A stretch of 38,261 nt of DNA, from the NCBI GenBank assembly GCA_001781555.1, contig MFLP01000030.1:16164-54424 (forward strand), read 5' to 3'. The position numbers and the translations under genes were made by a program. Of the stretch, positions 19,038 through 28,943 are shown one piece after another (the first letter of the stretch is position 1; each line of letters opens with the position of its first letter). A model generated the notes under the pieces. The model did no database searches. It was not told the origin of the DNA and saw only the letters and a program-made list of their open reading frames with translations. This DNA comes from Candidatus Kaiserbacteria bacterium RIFCSPHIGHO2_12_FULL_53_13. GTDB lineage: Bacteria > Patescibacteriota > Minisyncoccia > Phycocordibacterales > UBA2100.

Positions 19038-19979
19038 TTACAGAGTTACGCCGATTTTCTGCCGAACGTCGCGCATTTTTGTCTCGGCGATATCACGAGC
19101 TCTCTCGCCCCCGTCTTTCAATATGTTTTTCACGTCCGCGTCGGTGATTGAGGCGCGCTTCTCTCTCATCGGCGCAACGACGGCTTCAATATCATTTATG
19201 AGTATCTCCTTAAGCGTCTTGTACTTACCTTTATTGTCAAGATAGATTTTCCTGAGTTCATCTCGGCTTTTGAAGAACGAATGAATAGCGTATACGAATT
19301 CCGGGCTTTCTCCTTTTGAGTCTGTGACTATGCCCATGACCGCTTTTGCTATTTCGTCATGCGTTCCGAAAAGTGGTATCGTGTTGCCGTAGCTCTTACT
19401 CATTTTTTTCCCGTCGGTCCCGGGCACAGCTCCGACCTCCTTGAGGATTTGCTCCTTGGGTGGCATGAAGGTTTCTCCGTAGGCAGTATTGAATTTTCCC
19501 GCGATTTCCCGTGCGTACTCGATATGTTGTTTCTGATCGGTTCCCACGGGGACGACGTCGGTATCATAGAGGAGGATATCGGCTGCCATAAGAACAGGAT
19601 AATCAAAAAGGCCGACGTTCGCGTCAAGTCCGCGCGCTTCCTTGTCCTTGTACGCATGTCCAAGCTCGAGGAATGACCTTGAGACCAGACAGTTGAATAT
19701 CCACGTTAATTCCGTGTGCGCCTGCACATGAGACTGCTGGAATATTGTCGCACGTTCCGGATTGACGCCTACTGCGATATAGTCCTTGACGATATCAAGA
19801 ATGTTGCGCTGCAGCTGCAACGGGTCTTTCAAGGTCGTCAGCGCATGATAGTCGGCGACCATGAGGGTGCTTTCATATTCCCCATATGTATCAACGAAAG
19901 GTTTAAGAGCCCCGAAGTAGTTCCCGATGTGAAGCGCTCCCGATGGCTGGAGTCCAGTCAACAGCCGTTTCCGTGCCAT
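19038..19979 (-). CDS. trpS: Tryptophan--tRNA ligase
   Basis: TGLQPSG.LHIGNY.GA, YPVLMAADIL, VPVG.DQ.QH.E, KMSKS. Confidence 0.97.
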   Translation of the reverse strand: MARKRLLTGLQPSGALHIGNYFGALKPFVDTYGEYESTLMVADYHALTTLKDPLQLQRNILDIVKDYIAVGVNPERATIFQQSHVQAHTELTWIFNCLVSRSFLELGHAYKDKEARGLDANVGLFDYPVLMAADILLYDTDVVPVGTDQKQHIEYAREIAGKFNTAYGETFMPPKEQILKEVGAVPGTDGKKMSKSYGNTIPLFGTHDEIAKAVMGIVTDSKGESPEFVYAIHSFFKSRDELRKIYLDNKGKYKTLKEILINDIEAVVAPMREKRASITDADVKNILKDGGERARDIAETKMRDVRQKIGVTL

Positions 19980-20029
19980 ATGGTTCAAATATACCAGAAA
20001 AAACGGCATCTCGCAGACATATTACGCCA

Positions 20030-21688
20030 TCAAGCCGCAGGCAACTCAACAGTAAACAATGAGCCTTTTCCGACCCCCTCGGATTCAGCCCATATCTTCC
20101 CTCCGTGCGCTTCCACGACGGATTTAGCAATGAACAGACCGTATCCGGTGGAATGCACGTTCATCTTTATCGAATCTTTCCCGTGTCCGCCTTCAGTAAA
20201 CAAATTCCGCATATCCTCAGGCGTGATGCCTATCCCGTTATCTTTTACCGAGAAGTGCATCTTATCGCCATCATTGAGCTGGACGCGAACTATTCCGGAT
20301 TGCGCATATTTTATCGCATTGTCGATAAGATTTCGTATTACATCTTCCCGTATCCTCTCCTCGTCGCCGGAGATAATATATTTGCCATCTGCGATAGACG
20401 TTTCTATTGTCAGATGTTTTTCCTGCGCGGTCGGTTTCAGAGCGTTGACGACGTCCAATACCGCGGACTTGAGATCGAAAGGCTTTTTTGCATAATTCAC
20501 GGTTCCCTTTTTCAAATTGGATGCATTAAGTATCTGCATGACCGTGGCGACTCCCTTCCGCACATCCTCGAGCGCGGTGGTAGCCATTTCTTTCAGCTGG
20601 GTCGTTATGGTACCGTAGTCGCCTTCCACGATACCGGCAAATCCGCCCTCGCTCTTGGTCAAGTACCCCTTGATCTCGTGGCTGATGAAGTGGAGAAGAT
20701 TCTCCTGCTGTTTGTTAACTACCTCAAGCTCTTCTTCCTGCTTCTGTATCAGCTCGCGCTGCCTTATCTCCTGCCGGACCCCTCGGATGAGGAGGGTTCC
20801 GAGAACGACAACAAGCGCGAATGTGCCGATGAGCACGTACCGCGCATGCTCGATAGTCCTAACGAACAACGCGGCGAACAGCAATGCAAGTACGGCCGCG
20901 ACAAGCGCCTGGGCGGCGAACACGCGCAGATTGAATGCATGGTACCGTACGATGAGGTAGCTCAAGGTGGCTATGAGCGCGATCATTCCTACGGGGCCGA
21001 TAAGATTAATGTTGTAGGTAAGGGTGGCGTCACCGATAAAATTGGAGGCGATGAAGATAATCCAGAATATAAGGATGCCGGAGCCTAGAACTAACACTCC
21101 GGATCGATCCGACCGCCCAACCCGCTCCTTGAAAGCACGAAAACAGAAATCGAAAAGGATCACGGCTATAGCCGCTTCGAGAATGTATATGTACGACCAA
21201 AGGGGTCCGGAAATACCCTCGCATGTTTGGAAATTAAAGCCGACCAGATTATAGATCGTCGGCGTCAGAATTAAAATCGGCGCCAAAAAAGCCACGAGTG
21301 CCCACTGCCAGGCGTTCGGAAGCAGCTTTTCTCTTACGAACAGATATACAAAATTGGCAAGCAAAAATATGAGAAGCGCATGCCATATGGCGATTATTTG
21401 CCAGATGAAATGAATGAGATATACAGGCACCGCGATCCAAAGCAGGATCTCTCCTCCAATGAGAAGCGAGAAGACCACGGCTATCCAGAAGAACAAGCGG
21501 CTTACAGGTGTGGCGTGGCTTGCAAGAAAGACGGCTATGCCAAAAAGAAGGACGACGAATATGATAGGGATGTACGAGTAGTACAGAAGCGACGGCGCTA
21601 TCGAGGGGTCCAGGAGTCCGAACACGCTCGAAATCGCGTCGGTGCACACGATATCAAGACCCTGAGGCTGCCACGCGGATATATTCAT
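20030..21688 (-). CDS. Multi-TM sensor histidine kinase (7TM-like input domain)
   Basis: About 9 hydrophobic segments; H-box FISHEIK, N-box NLIDNAIKY, G1 DNGIGI, G2 TGYGL, HGGKIWAES. Confidence 0.93.
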   Translation of the reverse strand: MNISAWQPQGLDIVCTDAISSVFGLLDPSIAPSLLYYSYIPIIFVVLLFGIAVFLASHATPVSRLFFWIAVVFSLLIGGEILLWIAVPVYLIHFIWQIIAIWHALLIFLLANFVYLFVREKLLPNAWQWALVAFLAPILILTPTIYNLVGFNFQTCEGISGPLWSYIYILEAAIAVILFDFCFRAFKERVGRSDRSGVLVLGSGILIFWIIFIASNFIGDATLTYNINLIGPVGMIALIATLSYLIVRYHAFNLRVFAAQALVAAVLALLFAALFVRTIEHARYVLIGTFALVVVLGTLLIRGVRQEIRQRELIQKQEEELEVVNKQQENLLHFISHEIKGYLTKSEGGFAGIVEGDYGTITTQLKEMATTALEDVRKGVATVMQILNASNLKKGTVNYAKKPFDLKSAVLDVVNALKPTAQEKHLTIETSIADGKYIISGDEERIREDVIRNLIDNAIKYAQSGIVRVQLNDGDKMHFSVKDNGIGITPEDMRNLFTEGGHGKDSIKMNVHSTGYGLFIAKSVVEAHGGKIWAESEGVGKGSLFTVELPAA

Positions 21689-21694
21689 ACGGCC

Positions 21695-21823
21695 TCATCC
21701 TTCCGTGAACAGAAGTCCGACGGCATTGAGATGTAGCGTTTCGTAGTAGGAGCCTAGCAATGCGCCGATCGTTAGTACTGCGAGTATCAAAGATGGAAGG
21801 TGCCGGGCAAGTGCGGATTTCAT
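21695..21823 (-). CDS. Small 42-aa single-TM protein (not in ORF track)
   Basis: MKSALARHLPSLILAVLTIGALLGSYYETLHLNAVGLLFTEG*; TATACT 11 nt upstream; stop 6 nt before the kinase ATG. Confidence 0.5.
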   Translation of the reverse strand: MKSALARHLPSLILAVLTIGALLGSYYETLHLNAVGLLFTEG

Positions 21824-21928
21824 GGTTCAGTGTCAGTATATCGGGCGCAACATATGCTGCAACCCACGTCTAGGGACAATATGACGCTGTTCCGTTTCAG
21901 AGGGTGAGTAAGATATTCCCGATTACGA

Positions 21929-22852
21929 TTACGAAACGAACAGCAAGTATGTCCCGATTCCGGTTATTAAGATGGCAATGACCTTTTGCCAGAGGTGCTT
22001 TGCCTGTATTTTTTCGACCGATATTTTAGGGAAGAAGATCGTTAGGAATATTCCGATCGCAAGGACGAAGATCGGCTGATAGGACTCTGCGAGGAGCACG
22101 AGCGCTATGGGAGCGAGAAGGTACGCGAACGAGAATGCTATGTTCCCTAGTATGTACAGGGACTCGTTCGTGGCGTTGAGCAACAGGATCGCCTTGGAAT
22201 TATTCTGTATCGCCGATAGGAAGTGCCTGCGGTAGGAGCGTATGAAAGTGAATATGCCGATGCCGACCAGAACGAGCATGAGATGCTCCCAAAAGAGCGA
22301 CCTCCAGAGGTTCTCTTCGAGTGCGACCGCCTTGAAAATGACCGATTCAAGCGCCCAGAAGAAAGCGGCGGCGAGCATGAGTGCGATAGTGTTCCTGCGA
22401 AGCTTGAACTTATTCTCTGCATCTATCTCGAAGGATATGATAGTAGCGCCGAAAATGATGATCGCCATAGCCATAAGTTGCATCCTCGTCAGTACTTCAC
22501 CGAGTATGAAATACCCAAGCATGTACCCAAATACCGGTACGAGCTGGTAGAACACGACCGTGACTGATGCCTCCTCGTCCTTAAGAGCGAGCAGGTAGCA
22601 CCACAACACCAGCACGTTAAGGATTCCTACCACCGCGAGAGCGAGTATACTCATCCCGCCCATGCTTAATGCCGTTGTATCTGCCATGAATAAAAATGGC
22701 AGCGCGAGCGCGGATAGGAGTGAAGAAAAAAGAATGAGTGTGCCGACCCCGCCCTTCTTGAAGTACTTCTCCAAGAGAATCTTGTCTATGTGGTTTGTCA
22801 GCGCATAGAGCAACGGACCGATAAGCGCTATGAAAAACGATGCGACATCCAT
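21929..22852 (-). CDS. EamA/DMT-family transporter
   Basis: About 10 TMs in two repeats; ALKDEEAS.T...YQL.PVF....GYFILGE.L. Confidence 0.88.
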   Translation of the reverse strand: MDVASFFIALIGPLLYALTNHIDKILLEKYFKKGGVGTLILFSSLLSALALPFLFMADTTALSMGGMSILALAVVGILNVLVLWCYLLALKDEEASVTVVFYQLVPVFGYMLGYFILGEVLTRMQLMAMAIIIFGATIISFEIDAENKFKLRRNTIALMLAAAFFWALESVIFKAVALEENLWRSLFWEHLMLVLVGIGIFTFIRSYRRHFLSAIQNNSKAILLLNATNESLYILGNIAFSFAYLLAPIALVLLAESYQPIFVLAIGIFLTIFFPKISVEKIQAKHLWQKVIAILITGIGTYLLFVS

Positions 22853-22858
22853 AGAGTT

Positions 22859-23716
22859 CTATTTCTTCAGCCGTAGCATCTTTTCGCGCAGGACATCCAA
22901 CGTGCCCGAAGGATAACTGATCCAAAACAGGTCGCTTTCGACGGACGGAGGAACAAGTTCTGCAATAAGCGGACGGCAACCGAAACGCTCTTCTACAAAT
23001 CGGAACGCGGGTTGCAGTACTTGCTTCGCGAAATCTATCTCATTTTTGTCGTCCATCGAGTAGTCCTCGAAGAGAACCCCATGGACGATGAAGAGTGAGA
23101 GGAATTTCTTGTATAGTTCAGGAAGGTCGCCGCGATGATTGCGGTCTATCCACGCCGTATCGTCATGTATCTCGACTTTCTTGCGGGCGAATCTCGATAG
23201 TAGATTAGTGTGGAAATCGGTCAATGGTTCTCCCCATAGCGTCGTAATTTCACGGAAGGGCTTGCGCGCGGCGGTCTTGAAATCAACAATGGAGACTTTT
23301 TGAAAGTGCTCGTACGCCTTCCCCTCTTTTACCGTTATGCGACGGCAGATCGGTATTTTACACAGCGCCCTTTTGACCTGATTTTGCGGCAGAAAAAGGT
23401 CCTTCGTGTCCTCAGTGATAACGGTTCTCATATGGAGAGGCTCGGTGATGTGCAGGAATCGCAAGGTCTCAAAATTTGGGGTCGCGAGGTATTTCGCGGA
23501 ATAGATGATAGGGCCGTTTTGGAAGTATTCCGGAATATCGCCGGATAGATACTCTTCTACACGTGCTCGCAAGGAATGATCGGATGCTCTCTTATTCAAT
23601 TCGCCTATCGCTTGAAGCGGCGGCCTGACCATATTGCCGATGACGGATCTGGTCTTCTTTGGCGACAATGCGGACACCGTGTTAACGATCGAGCCGAAAA
23701 TCTCAGGTATTCTCAT
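22859..23716 (-). CDS. Uncharacterised soluble protein of about 285 aa, possibly an enzyme
   Basis: Globular alpha/beta-like sequence with motif-like blocks ATPNFETLRF, TLWGEPLTDFH, HGVLFEDY, FGCRPLI; TACAGT 6 nt before ATG 23716; 6 nt from the EamA start. Confidence 0.75.
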   Translation of the reverse strand: MRIPEIFGSIVNTVSALSPKKTRSVIGNMVRPPLQAIGELNKRASDHSLRARVEEYLSGDIPEYFQNGPIIYSAKYLATPNFETLRFLHITEPLHMRTVITEDTKDLFLPQNQVKRALCKIPICRRITVKEGKAYEHFQKVSIVDFKTAARKPFREITTLWGEPLTDFHTNLLSRFARKKVEIHDDTAWIDRNHRGDLPELYKKFLSLFIVHGVLFEDYSMDDKNEIDFAKQVLQPAFRFVEERFGCRPLIAELVPPSVESDLFWISYPSGTLDVLREKMLRLKK

Positions 23717-23865
23717 TAAATGACTGTAATATGTATATCTGAATAGAACAAGGCGCCTACGTGGAAATATTTCAAATCGCGACAGTGTTTTCAGTATTAC
23801 ACCAGCATAGGGATATGCACCAGCTCGGGTATTGCGCATGTTTGAGGGTGTACAATAAACGGATT

Positions 23866-25326
23866 ATGGAGCGCCTTGCACAAGAGAGGTTGACCGAATT
23901 TGTTCTTTCGTTTGTCGGTGTCTGTGCGATTATTCTTTTATTTATCCCGATTGTTGCGCGCGCCGAAATCTCCCAAAGTGCCTGCCCTTTCAGCTGGACT
24001 CGGAACTTGAAAATCGGCAGTGCGGGGGCTGACGTGATGAAATTGCAGCAATTCCTGAATTCGGACCCCGACACGGCCATTGCTCTCTCAGGTGTTGGCT
24101 CTGCCGGCAATGAAAGTGACTCATATGGTCAGCTCACGAAACGCGCAGTTACAAAATTTCAAGAGAGATATGCATCGGAGATTTTGACGCCGAACGGTCT
24201 TGCTAAAGGCACCGGGGTCGTTGGCGTATCAACGCGCGCGAAATTGAATGCTCTTTGTGCAACTCCAACTGCTACGCAACAGGCGAGCACTCTAGTACAG
24301 ACCTTGTCTTCGCCGCTTACAATAACAGAGCCAGCGGCTCTCGTGGTCTCTCCCATAGAACAACCTGCCTCCACCATTGCACCTCAACAAGCGCTCTACG
24401 TTCCCTTTACTAACTTCGAGCTTAGTGCAAGGGGCGCAGACTTAACGGTCAACAGCATTATAGTTCAGCGGACAGGACCATCAAGCAACAGTATTTTTGA
24501 TTATCTGTCTCTTCTCGATGGAGAAGGGAATGAGTTGAGCTATGCATATCTTCACAATGACCACAAGGCAGTGTTTAAGTTTAAGAAGCCGCTCGACATA
24601 CGCGTCGCAGAACCTCTGGCGCTCTCTATCGCCGGAAATATGGCGTGGGATCTTTCGGAGCACTCTGGAGAGGCGGCCATCCTGCAGGTAATAGCTATTG
24701 ATGCATCGGCACCTGTCGAGGGACAATTGCCCGTGCGCGGCACGTCTCAAAACGCCAATTCTTCGCTCCAGATCGGCACCGCTTCGGCAGCTCTCTCGCA
24801 GTATGATCCGAACAATGCGACAACGCGTTATGTCAACGACACGGCCATAAAGTTTTCTGGTATTCGTATTACTGCAGGTTCTGCAGAAAATCTGGAATTA
24901 TATTCCATAACCTGGAGGCAGAGCGGTACCGCGATTGACGCCGACATTTCTAATGTCAAAGTAGTCGTTGACGAACACTCATATCCGACTGAGGTGGATG
25001 ATAGGAACTACACGGCGACATTTACAGAAGGCATTCTTATTTCGAAAGGCAATTCGCTGGACGTGTATATAGAGGGTGACATCGGCACTACTGGCGCTAA
25101 TCGCACGGTTAAATTCGACATAGACAGCGCAGCAGATATATATCTAGTCGGGCAAAGCTATGGATACGGCATCTATACATTGCCGGGCGGCAATACAGAC
25201 GTTGCAGGCAACTCCGTGTTTCTTACCGAGGACGGCTCGACTGACACAGATAGCATAACACCGTTCTTTTCAGGCTCTGTCACTACAATAAGCGGTGGCG
25301 CGGTAAATTACATCGGGAGGAACTGA
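23866..25326 (+). CDS. Secreted peptidoglycan-binding, S-layer-like surface protein
   Basis: Signal peptide (..VARA/E), PG-binding domain (RNLKIGSAGADVMKLQQFLN..YGQLTKRAV.KFQ..GVVGVSTRAKLN), two beta-rich Ig-like repeats; TACAAT 9 nt before ATG. Confidence 0.8.
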   Translation: MERLAQERLTEFVLSFVGVCAIILLFIPIVARAEISQSACPFSWTRNLKIGSAGADVMKLQQFLNSDPDTAIALSGVGSAGNESDSYGQLTKRAVTKFQERYASEILTPNGLAKGTGVVGVSTRAKLNALCATPTATQQASTLVQTLSSPLTITEPAALVVSPIEQPASTIAPQQALYVPFTNFELSARGADLTVNSIIVQRTGPSSNSIFDYLSLLDGEGNELSYAYLHNDHKAVFKFKKPLDIRVAEPLALSIAGNMAWDLSEHSGEAAILQVIAIDASAPVEGQLPVRGTSQNANSSLQIGTASAALSQYDPNNATTRYVNDTAIKFSGIRITAGSAENLELYSITWRQSGTAIDADISNVKVVVDEHSYPTEVDDRNYTATFTEGILISKGNSLDVYIEGDIGTTGANRTVKFDIDSAADIYLVGQSYGYGIYTLPGGNTDVAGNSVFLTEDGSTDTDSITPFFSGSVTTISGGAVNYIGRN

Positions 25327-25330
25327 CGAC

Positions 25331-25350
25331 CGCGCCATGTTTTTGGCGCG
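25331..25350. terminator. GC-rich hairpin between convergent genes, possible bidirectional terminator
   Basis: CGCGCCA-TGTTTT-TGGCGCG perfect 7-bp stem; no clear U-tract. Confidence 0.45.
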
Positions 25351-25352
25351 TT

Positions 25353-25844
25353 CTAGCTTCGAGCGAAAGCGAGAGCGGCGTATGCGCCGAGTATCCACCA
25401 CAAGCCGTACAGTTCATTGAATATGTTTTGCACAGTAGGACCGAAATGCCACACGGATTGAAGTTCCGGGACCTGAAGCCATACGGTAATGAGAACGACA
25501 ACGGTCGCAATCCCCGCTACAGTAGCGTTCATAAAGCCTGCACCGTTCTCATCATACGAGCCGAACATGCGACGTATCAGCAGGTATATGGCGATAAGAA
25601 GAGCGCCGAAAATAATGGCGCGTAACATCGGTGAAGAAAGTTGTATGGAAAGGCTTCCGAGGGAAACCTCGCGGAGAGACGCGGAGAAGAGCATGAGTAC
25701 CGCAGGCAGAGCCAGCGTGAGCGCGCATGCGCGGTTCGTACCCGACCGGAGCGCATCAAGGGCGACCGCAAGGATAACAGCGCCAATGATGAACCAATCA
25801 ACCGGTGCTTGCGTAAATAAACTTCCGAGCGCCGCGGAATCCAT
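25353..25844 (-). CDS. Membrane protein of about 4-5 TMs (weakly CvpA-like)
   Basis: Hydrophobic segments, DW..I....A..D..RSG pattern; 3 nt after the dnaJ stop. Confidence 0.65.
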   Translation of the reverse strand: MDSAALGSLFTQAPVDWFIIGAVILAVALDALRSGTNRACALTLALPAVLMLFSASLREVSLGSLSIQLSSPMLRAIIFGALLIAIYLLIRRMFGSYDENGAGFMNATVAGIATVVVLITVWLQVPELQSVWHFGPTVQNIFNELYGLWWILGAYAALAFARS

Positions 25845-25847
25845 ATT

Positions 25848-26927
25848 TTAAAGACCCTCTCTCTTAAGCTTTTCTATCAGATCGCGCGCGGAATGTGAAA
25901 GTTTCTTCGGGAATTCTATATTGATGCGCACAAGAAGGTCGCCTCTCGCTCCGCGACCATGCGGAACTCCGTGTTCGCGAACGCGGATGATCTCACCGTG
26001 AGCAACTCCCGCAGGCACGGTAATCGATATATCTCCGTCAAGAGAGTGTATGCCGTGTTCACCGCCCAAAAGTGCGTCAGTGAGTTTAATCGAAAGCGAG
26101 GTCAGTATGTTATTACCTTCGCGCGTGAAGACTTTGTCGGGTTTTACATGAAGCTTTACATACAAATCCCCTGCTCCGCCGCCAGTCGCGGCTTCTCCTC
26201 GTCCAGGCATCCGTATCATTTCGCCGTCTGAAACACCTGAAGGAACCGCGACGCGTATCTCTTCTTCTTTCTTTGCGACCCCTTGACCATTACAAATCCC
26301 GCATGGATTCTCCGGAATTTGCCCCGTACCATGACAACGCGGGCACGGCCTTGTGGAGGTAAAATTGCCGAAAAAAGTATTGCGTGATTCACGTATCTCA
26401 CCCTTGCCGTTGCACGAGCTGCAAGATGCAAGCTTTGACCCTTTCTTAGCCCCGCTCCCGCCGCAGGATTCGCATACGCTTATTTTCGCAATAAGAACTC
26501 GGCGTTCAGTGCCGAATATCGCCTCGCGGAAAGGCAATTCTATATCGATGGATATATCGCGCCCACGAGGTTTTCCGCCGCTCGCAGGCCTGCCGCCGGC
26601 AAAAAAGTCGCTGAATATATCGCCGAGGTCGAATTCCTGGAAATTGCCCTGAAATCCACCCTGTGAAAAGTTGGAGAAATCAAATCCGCCAAAGCCCCCC
26701 TGCGGTCCGCCTCCTGAACCTGAGAAGGTCTTCCCGTATGCATCGTATTCCGCCCGCTTCTTTTTATCGGAAAGTACCGCGTACGCCTCGCTCGCTTCCT
26801 TGAATTTCTTCTCGTCCCCTCCTTTCTTGTCTGGGTGGTACTTATGCGCAAGTTTCCGGAACGCTTTTTTTATCTCTTCCTCGTTAGCTGTCTTTGGCAC
26901 TCCGAGTATATCGTAGTAATTCTTCAT
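25848..26927 (-). CDS. dnaJ: Chaperone DnaJ
   Basis: J-domain HPD, G/F-rich region, four CxxCxGxG repeats, GDLYV. Confidence 0.97.
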   Translation of the reverse strand: MKNYYDILGVPKTANEEEIKKAFRKLAHKYHPDKKGGDEKKFKEASEAYAVLSDKKKRAEYDAYGKTFSGSGGGPQGGFGGFDFSNFSQGGFQGNFQEFDLGDIFSDFFAGGRPASGGKPRGRDISIDIELPFREAIFGTERRVLIAKISVCESCGGSGAKKGSKLASCSSCNGKGEIRESRNTFFGNFTSTRPCPRCHGTGQIPENPCGICNGQGVAKKEEEIRVAVPSGVSDGEMIRMPGRGEAATGGGAGDLYVKLHVKPDKVFTREGNNILTSLSIKLTDALLGGEHGIHSLDGDISITVPAGVAHGEIIRVREHGVPHGRGARGDLLVRINIEFPKKLSHSARDLIEKLKREGL

Positions 26928-27007
26928 AGTCGTTCCATTATAGTGCAACAATCCAAATTGAAAAGAGAAAGGCCTTGCGGCACTAAGGATCACTCTCCTC
27001 CACGCAA

Positions 27008-28870
27008 TTATGCACCGGGACTTCCCTCACCTGTGTCCGATTTCTTATCGCTTTCCTGGGGCGGCGGCTGTTGTTTGGACATTGCTTCGCCGATCGTGCT
27101 CATAGCTGTCGATAATGCTTCGGACGCGGACTTGATCGCCGCGCTGTCAGTTCCCCCTCGAGCAGTCTTAAGCGCGTCGATTTTTTCCTGCACATTTTTC
27201 TTTATTTCCTCACCTACTTTTTCTCCGTGCTCTTTGAGTGCTTTTTCCGCAGCATAGATCACCTGGTCTGCGGAGTTCTGTGCTTCAACAAGCTCCTTCT
27301 TCTGTTTGTCCGTCTCGGCGTGCACTTCCGCGTCTTGGCGCATTTTCTCAACATCCGCGTCAGTAAGCCCTGAGCGTGCCTCAATTCGTATTGATTGTTC
27401 CTTGCCGGATGTTTTATCCTTCGCTTTCACGCTTAAAATGCCGTTTGCATCGATATCGAACGTGACTTCTATCTGTGGCATGCCTTTGGTAGCAGGCGGT
27501 ATTCCGTCCAGGTTGAAGCGCCCGAGAGATTTATTGTCGGCCGCCATAGGACGTTCTCCCTGCACGACATGTATTTCCACCGACGGCTGATTATCAGATG
27601 CCGTTGAAAATACTTGAGAGCGCGACGTCGGGATAGTCGTATTACGGTCTATGAGTTTCGTCGCAACACCGCCCAAAGTCTCTATTCCCAGAGAAAGCGG
27701 AATGACGTCGAGAAGAAGAACGTCTTTCACATCGCCTTGGAGTATGCCTCCCTGGATCGCAGCTCCCACAGCAACGACCTCGTCAGGGTTCACTCCCATG
27801 TGGGGCTTCTTGCCGAAATAATCTTCCACCGCTTTTTGCATCGCGGGCATGCGTGTCTGCCCGCCGACGAGGATGACTTCGTTTATGTCCGGATTCTTGA
27901 ACGGCGACGCCTCCATCGCGCGCTTGGCGATAGCCATCGCCCTATCCACGAACTCTCTCGCCAAATCCTCCAGCTTCGCGCGTGTCATTTTGACAAGCAA
28001 ATGGCGGGGACCGGATGAGTCAGAGGTGATGAACGGGATGTTCACTTCCGTTTCAAGCGCCGTTGAGAGCTCGATTTTCGCTTTCTCTGCCGCCTCATCA
28101 AGTCGTTGGCGAGCGAGCGGGTCGTTCCTTACATCAATGCCCGATTCCTTCTTGAATTCGTCGGCTATCCAACCCATGACGCACTGATCTATGTCTTTGC
28201 CGCCGAGGTGTGCGTCGCCATCGGTCGAACGCACCTCAATGACATCATCGCCCACCTCAAGGACTGATATGTCGAAAGTCCCCCCGCCGAAATCGAATAC
28301 CACTATCTTCTCATTTTTCTTTTTATTGAAACCGTATGCAAGAGCCGCGGCCGTCGGTTCGTTAATGATGCGCTTCACGTCGAGCCCAGCTATCTTGCCA
28401 GCGTCGCGCGTCGCTTGTCTCTGCGCGTCGTTAAAGTATGCCGGCACCGTTATTACCGCCTCGGTTATCGTCTCGCCCAGTTTCGCTTCCGCATCCTGCT
28501 TTAATTTTTGAAGTATCATCGCGGAAATTTCTTCTGGTCGGTACCATTTATCGGACATTTGCAGTTCTATTCCGCCGTTCGCGGATTTGCGCATCTCAAA
28601 GGGCACCGCTTCGCGGTCTTTCACTACTGCCGGTTCATCAAAAGAGTGTCCGATGAAGCGCTTTATCTGGTATACGGTATTTTTCGGATTTGTAACGGCC
28701 TGGCGCCGGGCAAGCAGGCCGACGAGACGTTCTCCCGTTTTTGAAATGGCGACCACCGAGGGTGTTGTGCGTGCGCCTTCCGCGTTCTCAATTATCTCAG
28801 GCTCGCCGCCGCGTACTATCGCCATCGCGGAATTCGTCGTGCCGAGGTCAATGCCTAGAATTTTTCCCAT
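27008..28870 (-). CDS. dnaK: Chaperone DnaK
   Basis: [50 protein letters not shown]. Confidence 0.99.
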   Translation of the reverse strand: MGKILGIDLGTTNSAMAIVRGGEPEIIENAEGARTTPSVVAISKTGERLVGLLARRQAVTNPKNTVYQIKRFIGHSFDEPAVVKDREAVPFEMRKSANGGIELQMSDKWYRPEEISAMILQKLKQDAEAKLGETITEAVITVPAYFNDAQRQATRDAGKIAGLDVKRIINEPTAAALAYGFNKKKNEKIVVFDFGGGTFDISVLEVGDDVIEVRSTDGDAHLGGKDIDQCVMGWIADEFKKESGIDVRNDPLARQRLDEAAEKAKIELSTALETEVNIPFITSDSSGPRHLLVKMTRAKLEDLAREFVDRAMAIAKRAMEASPFKNPDINEVILVGGQTRMPAMQKAVEDYFGKKPHMGVNPDEVVAVGAAIQGGILQGDVKDVLLLDVIPLSLGIETLGGVATKLIDRNTTIPTSRSQVFSTASDNQPSVEIHVVQGERPMAADNKSLGRFNLDGIPPATKGMPQIEVTFDIDANGILSVKAKDKTSGKEQSIRIEARSGLTDADVEKMRQDAEVHAETDKQKKELVEAQNSADQVIYAAEKALKEHGEKVGEEIKKNVQEKIDALKTARGGTDSAAIKSASEALSTAMSTIGEAMSKQQPPPQESDKKSDTGEGSPGA

Positions 28871-28907
28871 ATCATCAATCTTTGTGAAGATTTATAACGA
28901 TTACCGA

Positions 28908-28937
28908 TTTATACAGCAATAATATACGTACTGTCAA
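28908..28937 (-). promoter_or_regulatory. Sigma70-type promoter of dnaK
   Basis: TTGACA-N18-TATAAA on the minus strand. Confidence 0.6.
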
Positions 28938-28943
28938 TACTCA

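Noticed and set aside
20105..21088. 327-aa plus-strand ORF, and similar long ORFs at 9570-10310, 11326-12111, 19716-20495 and 28980-29882
   Set aside because: Antisense shadows of well-supported genes with no recognisable motifs.
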